IMG/VR virus record: IMGVR_UViG_2754412344_000002
Coordinates: 1,647-65,646 of that record
From: a virus
Reading direction: 5' to 3' (one strand)
DNA: 64,000 bases
Shown piece by piece: positions 25,707 through 36,151 of the stretch. Every line of letters starts with the position of its first letter. Position 1 is the first letter of the stretch. The notes beneath the pieces are model-generated. The model ran no database searches and was not told where the DNA came from. It worked only from the letters and a program-made list of their open reading frames with translations. The translations under genes were made by a program, and so were the position numbers.

Positions 25707-25883
25707 GTGAGCGCCGATACCGACAAAGAGCGTGAGGCCCGGATTGATCGTCTGGGGGCCGAGATGGTTATGGCTAATTCGCCGGCAGAGCGACAGCGGA
25801 TTTGGCTTGATCTGAAAAGGGAGATTTCGGGCCGCTCGCAGGCCCAGGTACAGCGGATGGAGCGCCAGAAGGGGCTGAGATGA
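25707..25883 (+). CDS. Small hypothetical protein
   Basis: GTG start after GGAGG; 58 aa. Confidence 0.55.
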   Translation: MSADTDKEREARIDRLGAEMVMANSPAERQRIWLDLKREISGRSQAQVQRMERQKGLR

Positions 25884-25996
25884 ACGCGTGCAAAACCTGC
25901 CTGAAACAGACCCTCATGTGGCTCGTGAATCATCACCTTGTCGGCGAATCTCTCATCGACTGGGCGTTCAAGAAATTCGATCTGAAGGGGCATTGA

Positions 25997-26662
25997 GTGG
26001 ACTGGTTCCGCTTGTACCACGAGTTCGCCACCGACCCGAAAGTGCAAAGCATGTCGGAGGCAATGCAACGTCGGCTGATCATGCTGATGTGCCTCCGTTG
26101 CAGTAACACCCTTGAAACGTTACAGGAACAGGACATCTGTTTCGCACTGCGAATCGATGAAACGGAGCTTGCTGCAACGAAGGCTCTTTTTATGCAGAAA
26201 AAGTTCATCGATGAGCGCTGGGAGATCCTTCAATGGGATAAGCGCCAAAAGCCGTCAGACTCAAGCACGGAGCGGGTTCGCAGGCATCGTGAGATGCAGA
26301 AACAGTTACAGGAACAGGAATGTAACGTTACAGAAACGGCCCAGATAAGAGAAGAGAAGAAGAGAATAGATAAGAAAGACAAGATCGTATCGTCGTCTAC
26401 CGACGACTCGTTCGAGAGATTTTGGCAGGCGTGGCCCAGGACGGATCGCAAACAAGGTAAGGCGAAGTGTGCCGAGAGATGGGCGAAGGCCGATCTTGGC
26501 GCGAAGGCAAACGAAATCATCGCGCATGTGCAGGCCATGAAATCGACCAACCAGCAGTGGCGTACCGGATATGAACCTGCACCACTCACGTACCTGAATC
26601 AGAGGCGCTGGGAAGACGGGAACGAAGCCGGAAACAACGACGACGCGCGTTTCGAGAACTGA
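25997..26662 (+). CDS. Phage replication initiator (O-like)
   Basis: MDWFRLYHEFATDPKVQ, STERVRRHRE, FERFWQAWPR...K.K, P.P.TYLNQRRWED. Confidence 0.8.
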   Translation: MDWFRLYHEFATDPKVQSMSEAMQRRLIMLMCLRCSNTLETLQEQDICFALRIDETELAATKALFMQKKFIDERWEILQWDKRQKPSDSSTERVRRHREMQKQLQEQECNVTETAQIREEKKRIDKKDKIVSSSTDDSFERFWQAWPRTDRKQGKAKCAERWAKADLGAKANEIIAHVQAMKSTNQQWRTGYEPAPLTYLNQRRWEDGNEAGNNDDARFEN

Positions 26663-26664
26663 AC

Positions 26665-28446
26665 ATGAGCAACTGGAACGAAGTAAGCGAACGACTTGCG
26701 CAGGAGGCGGAGGCCATCGCCGGGATGCTGCTCCCGAACGGCAAGCGCGCCGGCCCGGAATGGGTCGCAGGCAGTGTCAACGGTGAGGCTGGCGATTCGC
26801 TTAAGGTGCGCCTGACGGGCAACAAGGCTGGCGTGTGGAAGGACTTTGCCGCAGGAAACGGCGGCGATCTCATCGATCTTTGGGCGGCAACGCGCGGCTT
26901 ATCGCTCAAGCAGGCATTCGAGGCCGCACGCGAATACCTTGGCATCAGCGAGCCGAAATTCGCCAATGATCTTCGGCGCACCTATTCCAAGCCCGCGAAG
27001 CCGCCCGTGACGAAGCCGGTTGGTAAGGTGCTGTCGTATCTGACAGAAGTTCGCAAGCTGTCGATCGAAACGATTCAGGCATTCAAGGTCGGCGCATCGA
27101 AGGAAGACGACGCGATAATTTTCCCGTTCCTGCGCGATGATGGCCTGGTAAATGTCAAACATCTGGCGCTTGAGCGCGATGCGAATGGAAAGAAAAAGAC
27201 TTGGCAGGCGTCTGGCGCAGAGCCCTGTCTATTTGGCTGGCATCTGATTCCGGACGACGTGAAGGCAGTTCTGATCGTTGAAGGCGAACTCGACGCAATG
27301 AGTCTTCATCAGTACGGATTCGACGCCCTGTCAATTAATCAAGGCGCCGGCAATCATCAGTGGATCGATCAAGATTTCGAGCGTCTTGAGCGATTCCAAG
27401 AGATCTTCCTCTGGTTCGACAACGATGAGGCAGGCAAGAAGGGCGTCGCAGAAGTCGCCGCTCGGCTCGGCCTTGATCGTTGCCGGATCGTATCATTCCG
27501 TTTGAAGGACGCGAACGAGGCGTTGCAGCGAGGTGTAGATCAAGAAGAGATTATTGAGGCAATCGCCGCAGCACAACGCATTGAGCCGTCCGACCTGAAG
27601 ACACCGGCATCGTATCTCGATGGTGTCATGGAGATGTTCAACGGGACACCGCTGGGCCACACCGGTGCTCCGCTGCCGTGGCCGGCATGGTCGGAACGTG
27701 TACGCCTGCGCCCTTCTGAGCTGTCGATCTGGACTGGTATTAATGGTCATGGCAAAAGCGATTTGCTCGGCAACGTTCTGATCAACTTGGTACAGAACAA
27801 GCAAAGGATTTGCATCTTCTCCGGAGAAATCAAGCCGACGATGCTGCTGTACCGGATGACCGTGCAAGCGTGCGCCACGAACAAGGCGACGCGTCCATTC
27901 ATCAAAGCAGCCAACGAATGGATGACGGGCTCTATTTGGATTTATGACCATGTGGGCAGTATCGACCAAACAAAATTGCTGGATGCATTCAAGTACGCCG
28001 CCAAGCGTTATCGCGTCACTCACTTCGTCATCGACTCTTTGATGAAGTGCGGAATCGCCGAAGATGACTACAAAGGGCAGAAGCAATTTATCGATGCGCT
28101 TTGCGATTTCAAGAATGATTTCAACGTTCATGTGCATTTGATCGCTCACGCTCGCAAGGGGGAGTCCGAGGAAAAGGCCCCCGGTAAATTGGACATTAAG
28201 GGTACCGGCGCGATTTCCGACCTTGCCGACAACGTGTTCACGGTCTGGCGTAACAAGCGAAAGGAGATGGATAAGGAGCCGAACAAAGACGACGAAGACG
28301 CGCGACTTTATTGTCACAAGCAACGCGCGACTGGCTACGAAGGCGCTCTTCGGCTCTGGTTCCACAAGGACTCGCTGATCTTCACGCAGAGCAATGAATG
28401 GCATCCTAGGCCTGCGTTTCAATTCACGACCAGAGAGGCTGCATGA
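26665..28446 (+). CDS. Toprim primase-SF4 helicase fusion
   Basis: LIVEGELDAMS and WFDNDEAG toprim; Walker A GINGHGKS; FVIDSLMK; HLIAHARK. Confidence 0.9.
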   Translation: MSNWNEVSERLAQEAEAIAGMLLPNGKRAGPEWVAGSVNGEAGDSLKVRLTGNKAGVWKDFAAGNGGDLIDLWAATRGLSLKQAFEAAREYLGISEPKFANDLRRTYSKPAKPPVTKPVGKVLSYLTEVRKLSIETIQAFKVGASKEDDAIIFPFLRDDGLVNVKHLALERDANGKKKTWQASGAEPCLFGWHLIPDDVKAVLIVEGELDAMSLHQYGFDALSINQGAGNHQWIDQDFERLERFQEIFLWFDNDEAGKKGVAEVAARLGLDRCRIVSFRLKDANEALQRGVDQEEIIEAIAAAQRIEPSDLKTPASYLDGVMEMFNGTPLGHTGAPLPWPAWSERVRLRPSELSIWTGINGHGKSDLLGNVLINLVQNKQRICIFSGEIKPTMLLYRMTVQACATNKATRPFIKAANEWMTGSIWIYDHVGSIDQTKLLDAFKYAAKRYRVTHFVIDSLMKCGIAEDDYKGQKQFIDALCDFKNDFNVHVHLIAHARKGESEEKAPGKLDIKGTGAISDLADNVFTVWRNKRKEMDKEPNKDDEDARLYCHKQRATGYEGALRLWFHKDSLIFTQSNEWHPRPAFQFTTREAA

Positions 28447-28657
28447 CTGAGCGCCAATGCCGCACATGTCGACACGCGACCAAAGATCCCGGCAACGAAT
28501 CGCACTATCGGGTCGGCTTGAGGAACTGCAAGCGTCGCCCAGTCTGGATGTTTGTCGTTGGCGGCCAGACATGCGATAGATGGGCGGCGAAGTAATGAGG
28601 GTTGACTTTTTGCAGCGGTCCACGCGACTAACTAAGCAGTACTTATGGAGTGAGAGA

Positions 28658-28972
28658 TTGAGACGAGCCGCACGCGCAGACGGAAACCAAGCCGATATTG
28701 TTGTCGGCCTTCGCCAGATCGGTGCCAGCGTCACGCCGCTTCACATGGTCGGCAGCGGGTGTCCTGACCTAGCGGTCGGATACAAAGGGCGAACCGTGTT
28801 ATTCGAGGTGAAAGACCCGAAGCAGCCGCCTAGCAAGCGCCGCCTTACAGATGACGAGGCGATCTGGTTTGGAAATTGGCGCGGCGAGGCATACGTAATC
28901 GAGACGCTAGAGCAAGCGATTGAGTACTTGATGAAGAAGGAGGTGTGTGATGGCAGCAAGCAAGAAGCGTAA
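28658..28972 (+). CDS. VRR-NUC-like PD-(D/E)XK nuclease
   Basis: ARADGNQADIV..LR..GASV, GCPDLAVG, FEVKD; start uncertain (ORF track 28580). Confidence 0.8.
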   Translation: MRRAARADGNQADIVVGLRQIGASVTPLHMVGSGCPDLAVGYKGRTVLFEVKDPKQPPSKRRLTDDEAIWFGNWRGEAYVIETLEQAIEYLMKKEVCDGSKQEA

Positions 28973-29447
28973 GGGAGCGAAAAAGTACGACGCAGGCCGC
29001 TGGCTTGCTCGCACCGTATCACGCGCAGAGTGCCGGCGTGACGCACATCCTCTTAAGGACGACCAGCAGCGCGACCTCGCCCTCTGCTACCACATCTCCT
29101 TCGAGAACATGCTTAAGCGCGGCAACGAGGAAGATTGGTATGTGCTCGCGAGCGCAATGAACGTCACACTCGTTCTCGCAGAGCAAGGATATGGCGAGGA
29201 ATACATCCCCGATATCAAGCGCGCGATGGAGTCGCTGATGGATGTGAAGTACCGCGCTGATCGCACGGGGCATTGGGCCTTCGATGGTCCCGGCATCCAG
29301 CGTATGCGTATCGCCATCGAGTTGCACGACCAGCAGTGCGCACTTGCCAATCGCGGGGAGATCAAGAAAGCGCTCAAGGTGATTGTGGAACGCGCGAACG
29401 CGGGGCATATGTATGCCGCTGAGCAATGTCAATTGGAGGCAGCATGA
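28950..29447 (+). CDS. Conserved phage hypothetical protein
   Basis: 165 aa, GGAGG RBS. Confidence 0.75.
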   Translation: MAASKKRKGAKKYDAGRWLARTVSRAECRRDAHPLKDDQQRDLALCYHISFENMLKRGNEEDWYVLASAMNVTLVLAEQGYGEEYIPDIKRAMESLMDVKYRADRTGHWAFDGPGIQRMRIAIELHDQQCALANRGEIKKALKVIVERANAGHMYAAEQCQLEAA

Positions 29448-30016
29448 AATCGACCTTTACTCCGGAACAAAGTGCGCTTGTTGCAAAGATCTGGGTCTCA
29501 GGAGGCAGCATCAAGCCTTATCTAACCCAACTTGGAAATCGTCCTTACTCGACGGTCGTAAGTCATGCGCTGTATGCGCTCAATCTCGGACCGCGGCCCA
29601 AGTCGGATCGCGGACTTAAGGAATATGCATGGGGCGAGATCGAGAAAGAGTTGAAGCGCGGCCCCGGCACTGTTCCAGAGATTGCCGCTCGAATCGGCTT
29701 CACATGGTCCACCGTCAACAAACGGTTATGTCCCGCCAATGCTGGCGAATCTGGGATCGTGCACATCATCGATTGGCGTCGTCGTTCCAACGGCGGCAAG
29801 CCGGTTCCAGTCTATGCGATTGGGCCGGGGACGAATGCACCGATTCCCGCACCTCTCACCGCTTCAGAGAAATGTCGCCGCGCACGCGCTATCAAGAAGT
29901 CGAAGCAAAACCCATGGGCGGCCGCAATTGGGCAGATCAAGGCTCCCGAGGGTGCGAAAGGGACAGTTTATAAGCACCTTGTCGATTACGAACAAGATGA
30001 ACTGGAGGAAGCATGA
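29444..30016 (+). CDS. Phage protein with wHTH-like region
   Basis: PGTVPEIAARIGFTWSTVNKRL; ATGA coupling. Confidence 0.7.
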   Translation: MKSTFTPEQSALVAKIWVSGGSIKPYLTQLGNRPYSTVVSHALYALNLGPRPKSDRGLKEYAWGEIEKELKRGPGTVPEIAARIGFTWSTVNKRLCPANAGESGIVHIIDWRRRSNGGKPVPVYAIGPGTNAPIPAPLTASEKCRRARAIKKSKQNPWAAAIGQIKAPEGAKGTVYKHLVDYEQDELEEA

Positions 30017-30387
30017 AGAAAGTTCTATTTGTGGCCGCATGTCTTTCGGCATTAGCTGGATGTAACGATGCCGACGTAGCATCGCGCAATCTGTCCCAAG
30101 CTGCCGATAACTTCCAAGTCAATTGCCGCATCGTGTTTTACAACGGGATCACCGGAGACTACATGCTGTCGATCGAGGGCCTCTGCTCTCTCGGTAACAA
30201 CGACAAAGCACGCGAGCTATCGGTGACGTGCAAGACTGGCCCGAGCAGCTATAAGAAGCACTTTCTCGGTCTGTCGGACAACGTGACGTACTTTGTGGAA
30301 CAGGTAGATGGCGCAGATGTGAGCACGTATCACTACAAGGTCGTGTTCAAGCCGTCTGTCATCGTGCCGGATATCCAGATCAAATAA
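30013..30387 (+). CDS. Phage lipoprotein
   Basis: Lipobox LAGC; DADVASRNLS.AADNF...IVFYNGITGDYML. Confidence 0.85.
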   Translation: MKKVLFVAACLSALAGCNDADVASRNLSQAADNFQVNCRIVFYNGITGDYMLSIEGLCSLGNNDKARELSVTCKTGPSSYKKHFLGLSDNVTYFVEQVDGADVSTYHYKVVFKPSVIVPDIQIK

Positions 30388-30398
30388 AGGAGGAAGCG

Positions 30399-30617
30399 AT
30401 GGCAATGGATTGGTATAACCCTGGTACCGACCAATACTGGTCAATCCAACAAATGCAACAGCGTGAGATTGAGTGGCAGAAACAGGAGGAACAGATCCGC
30501 CATCAATTCGCAATACTTCAGGCGCAACAGCAATACCGATCAAGCATTAAAGCGCCCAAAGTAATCGTCTCTATCCCTACTAATGAGCATTTGCTCGTAC
30601 TTCTTTGCGAGGAGTAA
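30399..30617 (+). CDS. Gln-rich hypothetical protein
   Basis: 72 aa, GGAGG RBS. Confidence 0.65.
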   Translation: MAMDWYNPGTDQYWSIQQMQQREIEWQKQEEQIRHQFAILQAQQQYRSSIKAPKVIVSIPTNEHLLVLLCEE

Positions 30618-30619
30618 CC

Positions 30620-30907
30620 ATGAAACTCAAGCCCTATAAGGAACTGATCGCTTTGTCCAAAGAAAAGCTTGATGCCGCGCTGGCTCCCGTCCGCGCACGT
30701 CAGGTCAAGACTCAGGCCGAGCTTGAGGTGGCGAAGATCGATGAACAACTGATCTCGACAGAGGCAAAGATTCAGGAACTCTGCGCGCAGAAGTCGATTG
30801 ATTTTCCTGCCCTGCTAAAACTGATGGATGAGCATGCGCTCGCGGAACGCCGCAAGAAGCAATACGACCAGATCCTGCGCGAACTGTTTCCCTCTTCCGA
30901 CGACTGA
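30620..30907 (+). CDS. Coiled-coil hypothetical protein
   Basis: MKLKPYKEL..., GAGGAG RBS. Confidence 0.7.
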   Translation: MKLKPYKELIALSKEKLDAALAPVRARQVKTQAELEVAKIDEQLISTEAKIQELCAQKSIDFPALLKLMDEHALAERRKKQYDQILRELFPSSDD

Positions 30908-30977
30908 GTATGCAATCCCGTCGAGTGTCGATGATCGAGGCCAAAACTAGTGCCGGTATAAATATGGAGAATTCTAT

Positions 30978-31658
30978 ATGAATCAACCATGCAAAATATC
31001 GTCGAAAGATAGGAGTCGGAAGGTTATTGATATAGCGGGGAAGAAATTCGGTCGACTGCTGGTTGTATCAATGGCCGGAATGAATTCGCAGCGCACTATG
31101 CTTTGGAATTGCGTTTGCGATTGTGGAAATAATGCCATGGTAGCGGGAACTAAGTTGCGCTCGGGTCATACTGTGAGTTGCGGTTGTGCCCAACGGGACG
31201 CTACACGTTTATCCAATACCACGCATGGAATGCGCCGCATGCCCGAATACAACGCCTGGAGGTCAATGAAAAGCAGGTGCTACAAAAAAACAAATTCCGC
31301 ATATCATAACTACGGTGGCCGCGGAATAGAAGTATGTGAAAGGTGGCGTGAATCATTCGAAAATTTCATAAGCGACATGGGCAGGCGACCGTCAGCCTTT
31401 CATTCCATTGACCGAATAAATAATAATGGGAATTACGAGCCCGGAAATTGCCATTGGTCTACCGGGGTAGCTCAAGGAAATAATAAGCGCAACAACCGTC
31501 GATTAGAGGTCGACGGGAGAAACATGACGATCGCGGAATGGGCGAGAGAGAGGTCGATTCCATATATCACGCTTATCCAGCGCGTTTCACGGTACGGATG
31601 GAGCGCGCAGCAGGCTTTAGGATTTGAGCCGCCTCCGAGCAGAAAAATTCCGAGATGA
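30978..31658 (+). CDS. HNH-type homing-endonuclease-like protein
   Basis: GKKFGRL, WNCVCDCG, SCGC, YGGRGIEVCERW, SIDRINNNGNYEPGNC.W...Q.NN; AT-rich. Confidence 0.85.
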   Translation: MNQPCKISSKDRSRKVIDIAGKKFGRLLVVSMAGMNSQRTMLWNCVCDCGNNAMVAGTKLRSGHTVSCGCAQRDATRLSNTTHGMRRMPEYNAWRSMKSRCYKKTNSAYHNYGGRGIEVCERWRESFENFISDMGRRPSAFHSIDRINNNGNYEPGNCHWSTGVAQGNNKRNNRRLEVDGRNMTIAEWARERSIPYITLIQRVSRYGWSAQQALGFEPPPSRKIPR

Positions 31659-31761
31659 ATCTTGCTTACCGATTTATCTCCCGCATGACTTGGCGGCTTG
31701 GGCACGTGAAAGGCATGAAAGAGCCATCGGAGACCGCATGACACCCCTTATCGGAGCAAAC

Positions 31762-31941
31762 ATGAACACAGCCGAACTGGTAGTCCGTATCAGCAATGCC
31801 ACGCACGAAGTAGCCGAAGCATCTGCCAAGGGCTTTCTCAATAATCCGAAGGCCGTAGCCATGGTAACGGAGTTGACGGACATGGCAGAGAAGCTGGAAG
31901 AAATGGCACTGGCCGAATGTGTTGGCCGGAAGATTGCATAG
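31762..31941 (+). CDS. Small hypothetical protein
   Basis: MNTAELVVRI..., GGAG RBS. Confidence 0.5.
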   Translation: MNTAELVVRISNATHEVAEASAKGFLNNPKAVAMVTELTDMAEKLEEMALAECVGRKIA

Positions 31942-32044
31942 CACGGGACTCTGAAATGAAAACTGTCTTCGCCTACTTCTGTCTTGCGGTGATATCGCTG
32001 CTCTGGCTGTCTACCGGTTGCGCGTTGATTGAACGGTTAATGCG

Positions 32045-32356
32045 ATGACTGCGCGAGTGATCGGGTTCCCGAAGCAAAAGACGTTTCGCAGCGAGAAGTT
32101 GCGGCGCGCTGTTGCCGCCCTTCCCTGTATGGACTGCGGACGCGAGGGGCAGACGCAAGCGGCACATTCCAACCAAGGTAAAGGTCTAGCAATCAAGGCA
32201 AGCGACGCGCGGCTGATGGCACTTTGCGTAACGTGTCACTCGAAGCTAGACCAAGGCGGCGTCTTCACGAAAGACGAACGACGCCGATACGAAGATGAGA
32301 TGGTCGCGCGAACTCTTGTCGCGCTGATCGAGAACGGGAAATTGGAGGTGGCATGA
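32045..32356 (+). CDS. DUF968/DUF1364-like Zn-binding nuclease-fold protein
   Basis: VAALPCMDCG...AAH...GKG...KASD...ALC..CH. Confidence 0.75.
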   Translation: MTARVIGFPKQKTFRSEKLRRAVAALPCMDCGREGQTQAAHSNQGKGLAIKASDARLMALCVTCHSKLDQGGVFTKDERRRYEDEMVARTLVALIENGKLEVA

Positions 32357-33078
32357 AGAACTTCTTCGTGCGGCGTTACGCCAAAAACGAAGCCGGTCGG
32401 GACTTCTGTGTGGGCGATATTCACGGCTGCTTTTCGAGACTTGAAGCCGCACTCGCAGCGCTCGGCTTTGACGAATCGCGCGACCGGTTGTTCTCGGTCG
32501 GCGATCTTGTTGATCGCGGGCCCGAGTCTGAGCGGGTACTCGAATGGCTCGACAAGCCGTGGTTTCACCCGGTGCAAGGCAATCATGAGGACATGGCGAT
32601 TCAGTTCACGCACGGGACTCGTGATCCGGACCACTATCTGATGAACGGCGGATCGTGGCTGATCTGCAAGTTGCCACAGGAACAGTTCCCATTCGCGGAT
32701 GCACTTGTCGCGCTGCCCTATGCGATCGAGGTGGAAACGGATGGCGGCCTCGTCGGCATCGTGCATGCAGATGTATCGGGCGGCGCTTGGGGCGGCATGG
32801 TCGAAAGTTTCGCGCAAGTGACGAGCAAGAACAAGCTGCGTACCATCACGGACACTTGTCTTTGGAAGCGCGATCGCATCGAAAGCGAAGATCGTTCTGG
32901 CGTCCCCGATGTGCGCGCCGTCATCGTCGGTCATACACCGATCAAGCGTCCTGTCGTACTCGGAAACGTCTATCACATCGACACTGCCGGCTGGACAGGC
33001 ACTGGACATTTCACGTTCATCGAACTCGCAACGCTGGAAATGTATCCGGCCGCGCCTGAGAAACTGGAGTGGGCATGA
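32353..33078 (+). CDS. NinI/PphA-like metallophosphoesterase (Ser/Thr phosphatase)
   Basis: VGDIHG, VGDLVDRGP, QGNHE, IVHAD, VGHTP, IDT motifs. Confidence 0.92.
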   Translation: MKNFFVRRYAKNEAGRDFCVGDIHGCFSRLEAALAALGFDESRDRLFSVGDLVDRGPESERVLEWLDKPWFHPVQGNHEDMAIQFTHGTRDPDHYLMNGGSWLICKLPQEQFPFADALVALPYAIEVETDGGLVGIVHADVSGGAWGGMVESFAQVTSKNKLRTITDTCLWKRDRIESEDRSGVPDVRAVIVGHTPIKRPVVLGNVYHIDTAGWTGTGHFTFIELATLEMYPAAPEKLEWA

Positions 33079-33229
33079 CGAACACCATCGAATTCCGCCG
33101 CTGGAACAGCCGCAGGAAGATCGTATTCTGCTTCTGGGAAGATGGCGAGCTGAAGATGTTCAAAGATCCTGAGACGGCAACGAAATGGGCCGAGCGTCAG
33201 GGGTTCAAGGCTACATTTGTGGAGGGGTG

Positions 33230-33667
33230 ATGAGCGGAGTGATGAACACGATTAGGCAGCTTACGGGGCGGCTTGCCCTTCTCCGTTCAGAGCGCGAGCG
33301 CTACCAAGCATTATGCGCTGCCGCATACCAGCTTGCCGGTGCCGTGAACGCGCCGGTTCGCTTCCTTGACGCGTTCGCGGATGCTGCAAACGGAGAGATC
33401 GAAGCGCGACAAAAGACGGACGACTTGTTGCCGGTCGATCCGGCGGAGGCGGGAGCGTTTCCGGCGTGGTCGGATACGGAGATGGGAAAATGGAAACGCA
33501 ATTCTGAGCGCCTTGAATATCTATGCAGAGAAGGCGCTTATGTGGAAAAAACCGGTTATGGGTGGTATGTCGTCAAGCGCCACAATGGGGAAGACGACTT
33601 TGAAAGCCTTTCGGCCGTTTGTGAGACCGCGCAAGATGCGATTGATGACGCGATGGAGAGGAAATGA
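33230..33667 (+). CDS. Phage hypothetical protein
   Basis: 145 aa, GGAGG RBS. Confidence 0.65.
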   Translation: MSGVMNTIRQLTGRLALLRSERERYQALCAAAYQLAGAVNAPVRFLDAFADAANGEIEARQKTDDLLPVDPAEAGAFPAWSDTEMGKWKRNSERLEYLCREGAYVEKTGYGWYVVKRHNGEDDFESLSAVCETAQDAIDDAMERK

Positions 33668-33873
33668 AATTCTGCAAAGACTGCATCTACTACACGCCAG
33701 CGTTTGTGGGGAGCAAAGTCTATGTACCTTCCCAATGCAGAGCAAACTTTGGTGAAAAGCAATTCGATCCAGTAACAGGGAACGAGATTCACTTCCAAGG
33801 CGATCCATACGAATTGCGTAAAAATGAAGAGAAATGCGGCATAATTGCTAATTGGTTCGAACCCAAAGAATAA
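33664..33873 (+). CDS. Cys-rich hypothetical protein
   Basis: CKDC...C...CG..ANWFE. Confidence 0.7.
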   Translation: MKFCKDCIYYTPAFVGSKVYVPSQCRANFGEKQFDPVTGNEIHFQGDPYELRKNEEKCGIIANWFEPKE

Positions 33874-33912
33874 GACTCAAAGCTCGGGGTAACGCAATGC
33901 ATGAGGTAAGGC

Positions 33913-34161
33913 ATGCGCTACGCATCCGAAGTCATCGATCTTTTGTCGGCTCATCCGGGCCGACCATTCAAGAAGCAACTCATCGTCAACCACGTAGCCG
34001 AACATCACCGCAAGGATAAGCGCATCCTTCGCGTTGGCGTTTGGCGCGTTCTCAAGATGCTCGAAGCATCCCAGCAGATCGAAGTGATGGACAAGGGGCA
34101 GTCGCATCACTACGTCTGGATCGCGAAAACTATAACATTATGTTCTGGACAATATCGCTAA
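33913..34161 (+). CDS. Small wHTH-like protein
   Basis: MRYASEVIDLLSAHPGRPF...VWRVL..L..S. Confidence 0.6.
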   Translation: MRYASEVIDLLSAHPGRPFKKQLIVNHVAEHHRKDKRILRVGVWRVLKMLEASQQIEVMDKGQSHHYVWIAKTITLCSGQYR

Positions 34162-34200
34162 GCTTGGTACGCTTATATAAATTGTGTAGGCGTACTGATC

Positions 34201-34416
34201 ATGGCGACAAGACGGACAAAGAAGGTAGTTGAAGAACCGACGAACACATGCAAGTTCTGTCGGCATTGTCACGTCTTGCCGGAAGGGTTCGCACTCTGTC
34301 GTCGCTTTCCGCCAGTCGTCGTCTACGACATTGACGATCACGACATCTTCAGCACTTTTCCTGTAACACCACTGGATTCTTCTTGCGGGGAGTTTTCGGT
34401 GATTCTGAATTCCTAG
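34201..34416 (+). CDS. Cys-rich hypothetical protein
   Basis: CKFCRHC...CRRFPP...FP......CGEF. Confidence 0.7.
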   Translation: MATRRTKKVVEEPTNTCKFCRHCHVLPEGFALCRRFPPVVVYDIDDHDIFSTFPVTPLDSSCGEFSVILNS

Positions 34417-34419
34417 GCC

Positions 34420-35583
34420 ATGGACGACAAACTGAAGGAATTCGCTACTGATCGCCAAAGAGAAATCCTAGAGGCGATTGAACGATGCGGCTCGCAACGG
34501 GCTGCTGCCGAAGCGCTCGGCATCTCGCCCGGCACCGTGTCAAACACGGTCGCCGTTGTCGAGAGGAAGGCTGCGCGGTCTGGATACAGTCCGGTTCACG
34601 ATTTCACGCACATTGTGCCGCCGGGATTCCTCGCGGATGGAATTTCCACATACTACAACGAGGAAGGTAAGCCGACTGCGCAATGGGTGAAGGCTCGCGC
34701 GGATAAGTCGCAACAAGAGGAATTGATCCGCGAGATTGTTCGCACAATGACAGAAAGCGTTCGAGGCATGTCGACGCTAGTCGATCCGCCCTGCTTTGCG
34801 AATGCTGACTTGCTCGCCGTCTATCCGTTTGGCGACCCGCACGTAGGGCTGTATGTATGGGCCAAAGAGTGCGGGGACGACTTTGATTTGGAGATTGGCC
34901 GCAAGCTAACGATGGGCGCCGTCGATCGCGTTGTGGCTAGTGCCCCAGCCGCTGAGACGGCAATCCTATTGCTGCTCGGCGACGTATTCCACGCAGATGA
35001 CAGCACTAACAGGACGCCACTGCACCAGCACCCGCTTGATGTGGACTCGCGCTATGTGAAGGTCTTGCAGGTCGGCATCGAGACGTATCGATACGCAATC
35101 ATTCGCGCCCTCGAAAAGCATCAAACGGTGGTAGTCAAGGCCATTCCGGGAAATCACGATCCGCACGCCATTTGGGCGCTCGCGTTCACCTTGTCGGCGT
35201 ACTTTGCAAACAATCCGCGCGTCGAGGTAGATCTGAGCCCTGCGAAACACTGGTACTTCCGCTTCGGGAACGTGCTGATCGGCGCAACCCATGGGGATAC
35301 GGTAAAGCATGAAAAGCTCGGCGGCATGATGGCATGCGATCGCGCGCAGGACTGGGGTGAAACGCAATACCGCTACTGGTACACGGGCCATATCCACTCC
35401 AAGATGGTGACGGAACTCCCCGGGGTCGTCTGCGAATCGTTTCGCACGCTTGCTGCTCAGGATGCATATGCGGCGGGGCATGGCTACCGCGCAGGCCGAG
35501 ACATGATGTGCATCGTCCATCACCGCAAATTCGGCGAGATCGAGCGTCACCGTGCCGACATTGGGATGCTGGAGGCAGCATGA
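34420..35583 (+). CDS. HTH + calcineurin-like phosphoesterase
   Basis: N-terminal SQRAAAEALGISPGTVS; GDPH, GDVFH, PGNHD, HGD, GHIH motifs. Confidence 0.85.
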   Translation: MDDKLKEFATDRQREILEAIERCGSQRAAAEALGISPGTVSNTVAVVERKAARSGYSPVHDFTHIVPPGFLADGISTYYNEEGKPTAQWVKARADKSQQEELIREIVRTMTESVRGMSTLVDPPCFANADLLAVYPFGDPHVGLYVWAKECGDDFDLEIGRKLTMGAVDRVVASAPAAETAILLLLGDVFHADDSTNRTPLHQHPLDVDSRYVKVLQVGIETYRYAIIRALEKHQTVVVKAIPGNHDPHAIWALAFTLSAYFANNPRVEVDLSPAKHWYFRFGNVLIGATHGDTVKHEKLGGMMACDRAQDWGETQYRYWYTGHIHSKMVTELPGVVCESFRTLAAQDAYAAGHGYRAGRDMMCIVHHRKFGEIERHRADIGMLEAA

Positions 35584-35906
35584 CTCCCCGCAAGCACAAA
35601 CTCACCCCGTCGCCCGAGGCGCTGCGCGATTTCCTCAAGACGCGCCGTCCTTACACCCTCCCCGAGCTGATGATGACGTTCGCTGGTGGCGAGGAAGAAG
35701 TTCAGTTCGCGCTATTCACGGCGCAGCAGTTGGGATGGATCAGCTACTTCCCGCCTGGTCGGAAGCGCTGCGCTCGCTGGGCGTACAACGATCAGTCGGA
35801 TAACTCAGTTGCTGGTCCGCGCATCTCCCCTCTTTCGACGAGCACGGATTTCAAGTACGACCTGTATTCACACGCCAATCTCACAAAGGGGTTCCGGAGG
35901 CAGTAG
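35580..35906 (+). CDS. Hypothetical protein, possible wHTH
   Basis: 108 aa coupled to upstream stop. Confidence 0.6.
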   Translation: MTPRKHKLTPSPEALRDFLKTRRPYTLPELMMTFAGGEEEVQFALFTAQQLGWISYFPPGRKRCARWAYNDQSDNSVAGPRISPLSTSTDFKYDLYSHANLTKGFRRQ

Positions 35907-35930
35907 TTGCGCGATTTCACTATGGGCCTA
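35906..35930 (+). promoter_or_regulatory. Shared upstream motif, copy 1 (candidate late promoter/activator site)
   Basis: GTTGC-N4-TTTCACTATGGGCCTA, also at 42892-42916. Confidence 0.55.
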
Positions 35931-35983
35931 CGATAGACGTAGAAACCGCCATTCTGGCGGCGCTCACTCATTTGGAGTACAGA

Positions 35984-36151
35984 ATGGCGATCAAGGATGG
36001 CGGCAACATGAAGGAAGCGACCGAGTGCGTGCACCACGCACGTACCGGTAAGGCTGGCACGTACAAGGCCGAGCCGCCGAAGGGGCCGAAGCCCGAGCCG
36101 GTTCGCACGAACGGCATCAAAGCTCCGAAAGAGCGCGGCGTGAGCAAGTAA
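35984..36151 (+). CDS. Small basic protein (55 aa)
   Basis: MAIKDGGNMKE..., GGAG RBS, stop overlaps next ATG. Confidence 0.6.
   Translation: MAIKDGGNMKEATECVHHARTGKAGTYKAEPPKGPKPEPVRTNGIKAPKERGVSK

Noticed and set aside
28443-35906. Lambda Q-type or N-type antiterminator gene
   Set aside because: No ORF with recognisable Q or N motifs; several small wHTH-like proteins remain unassigned
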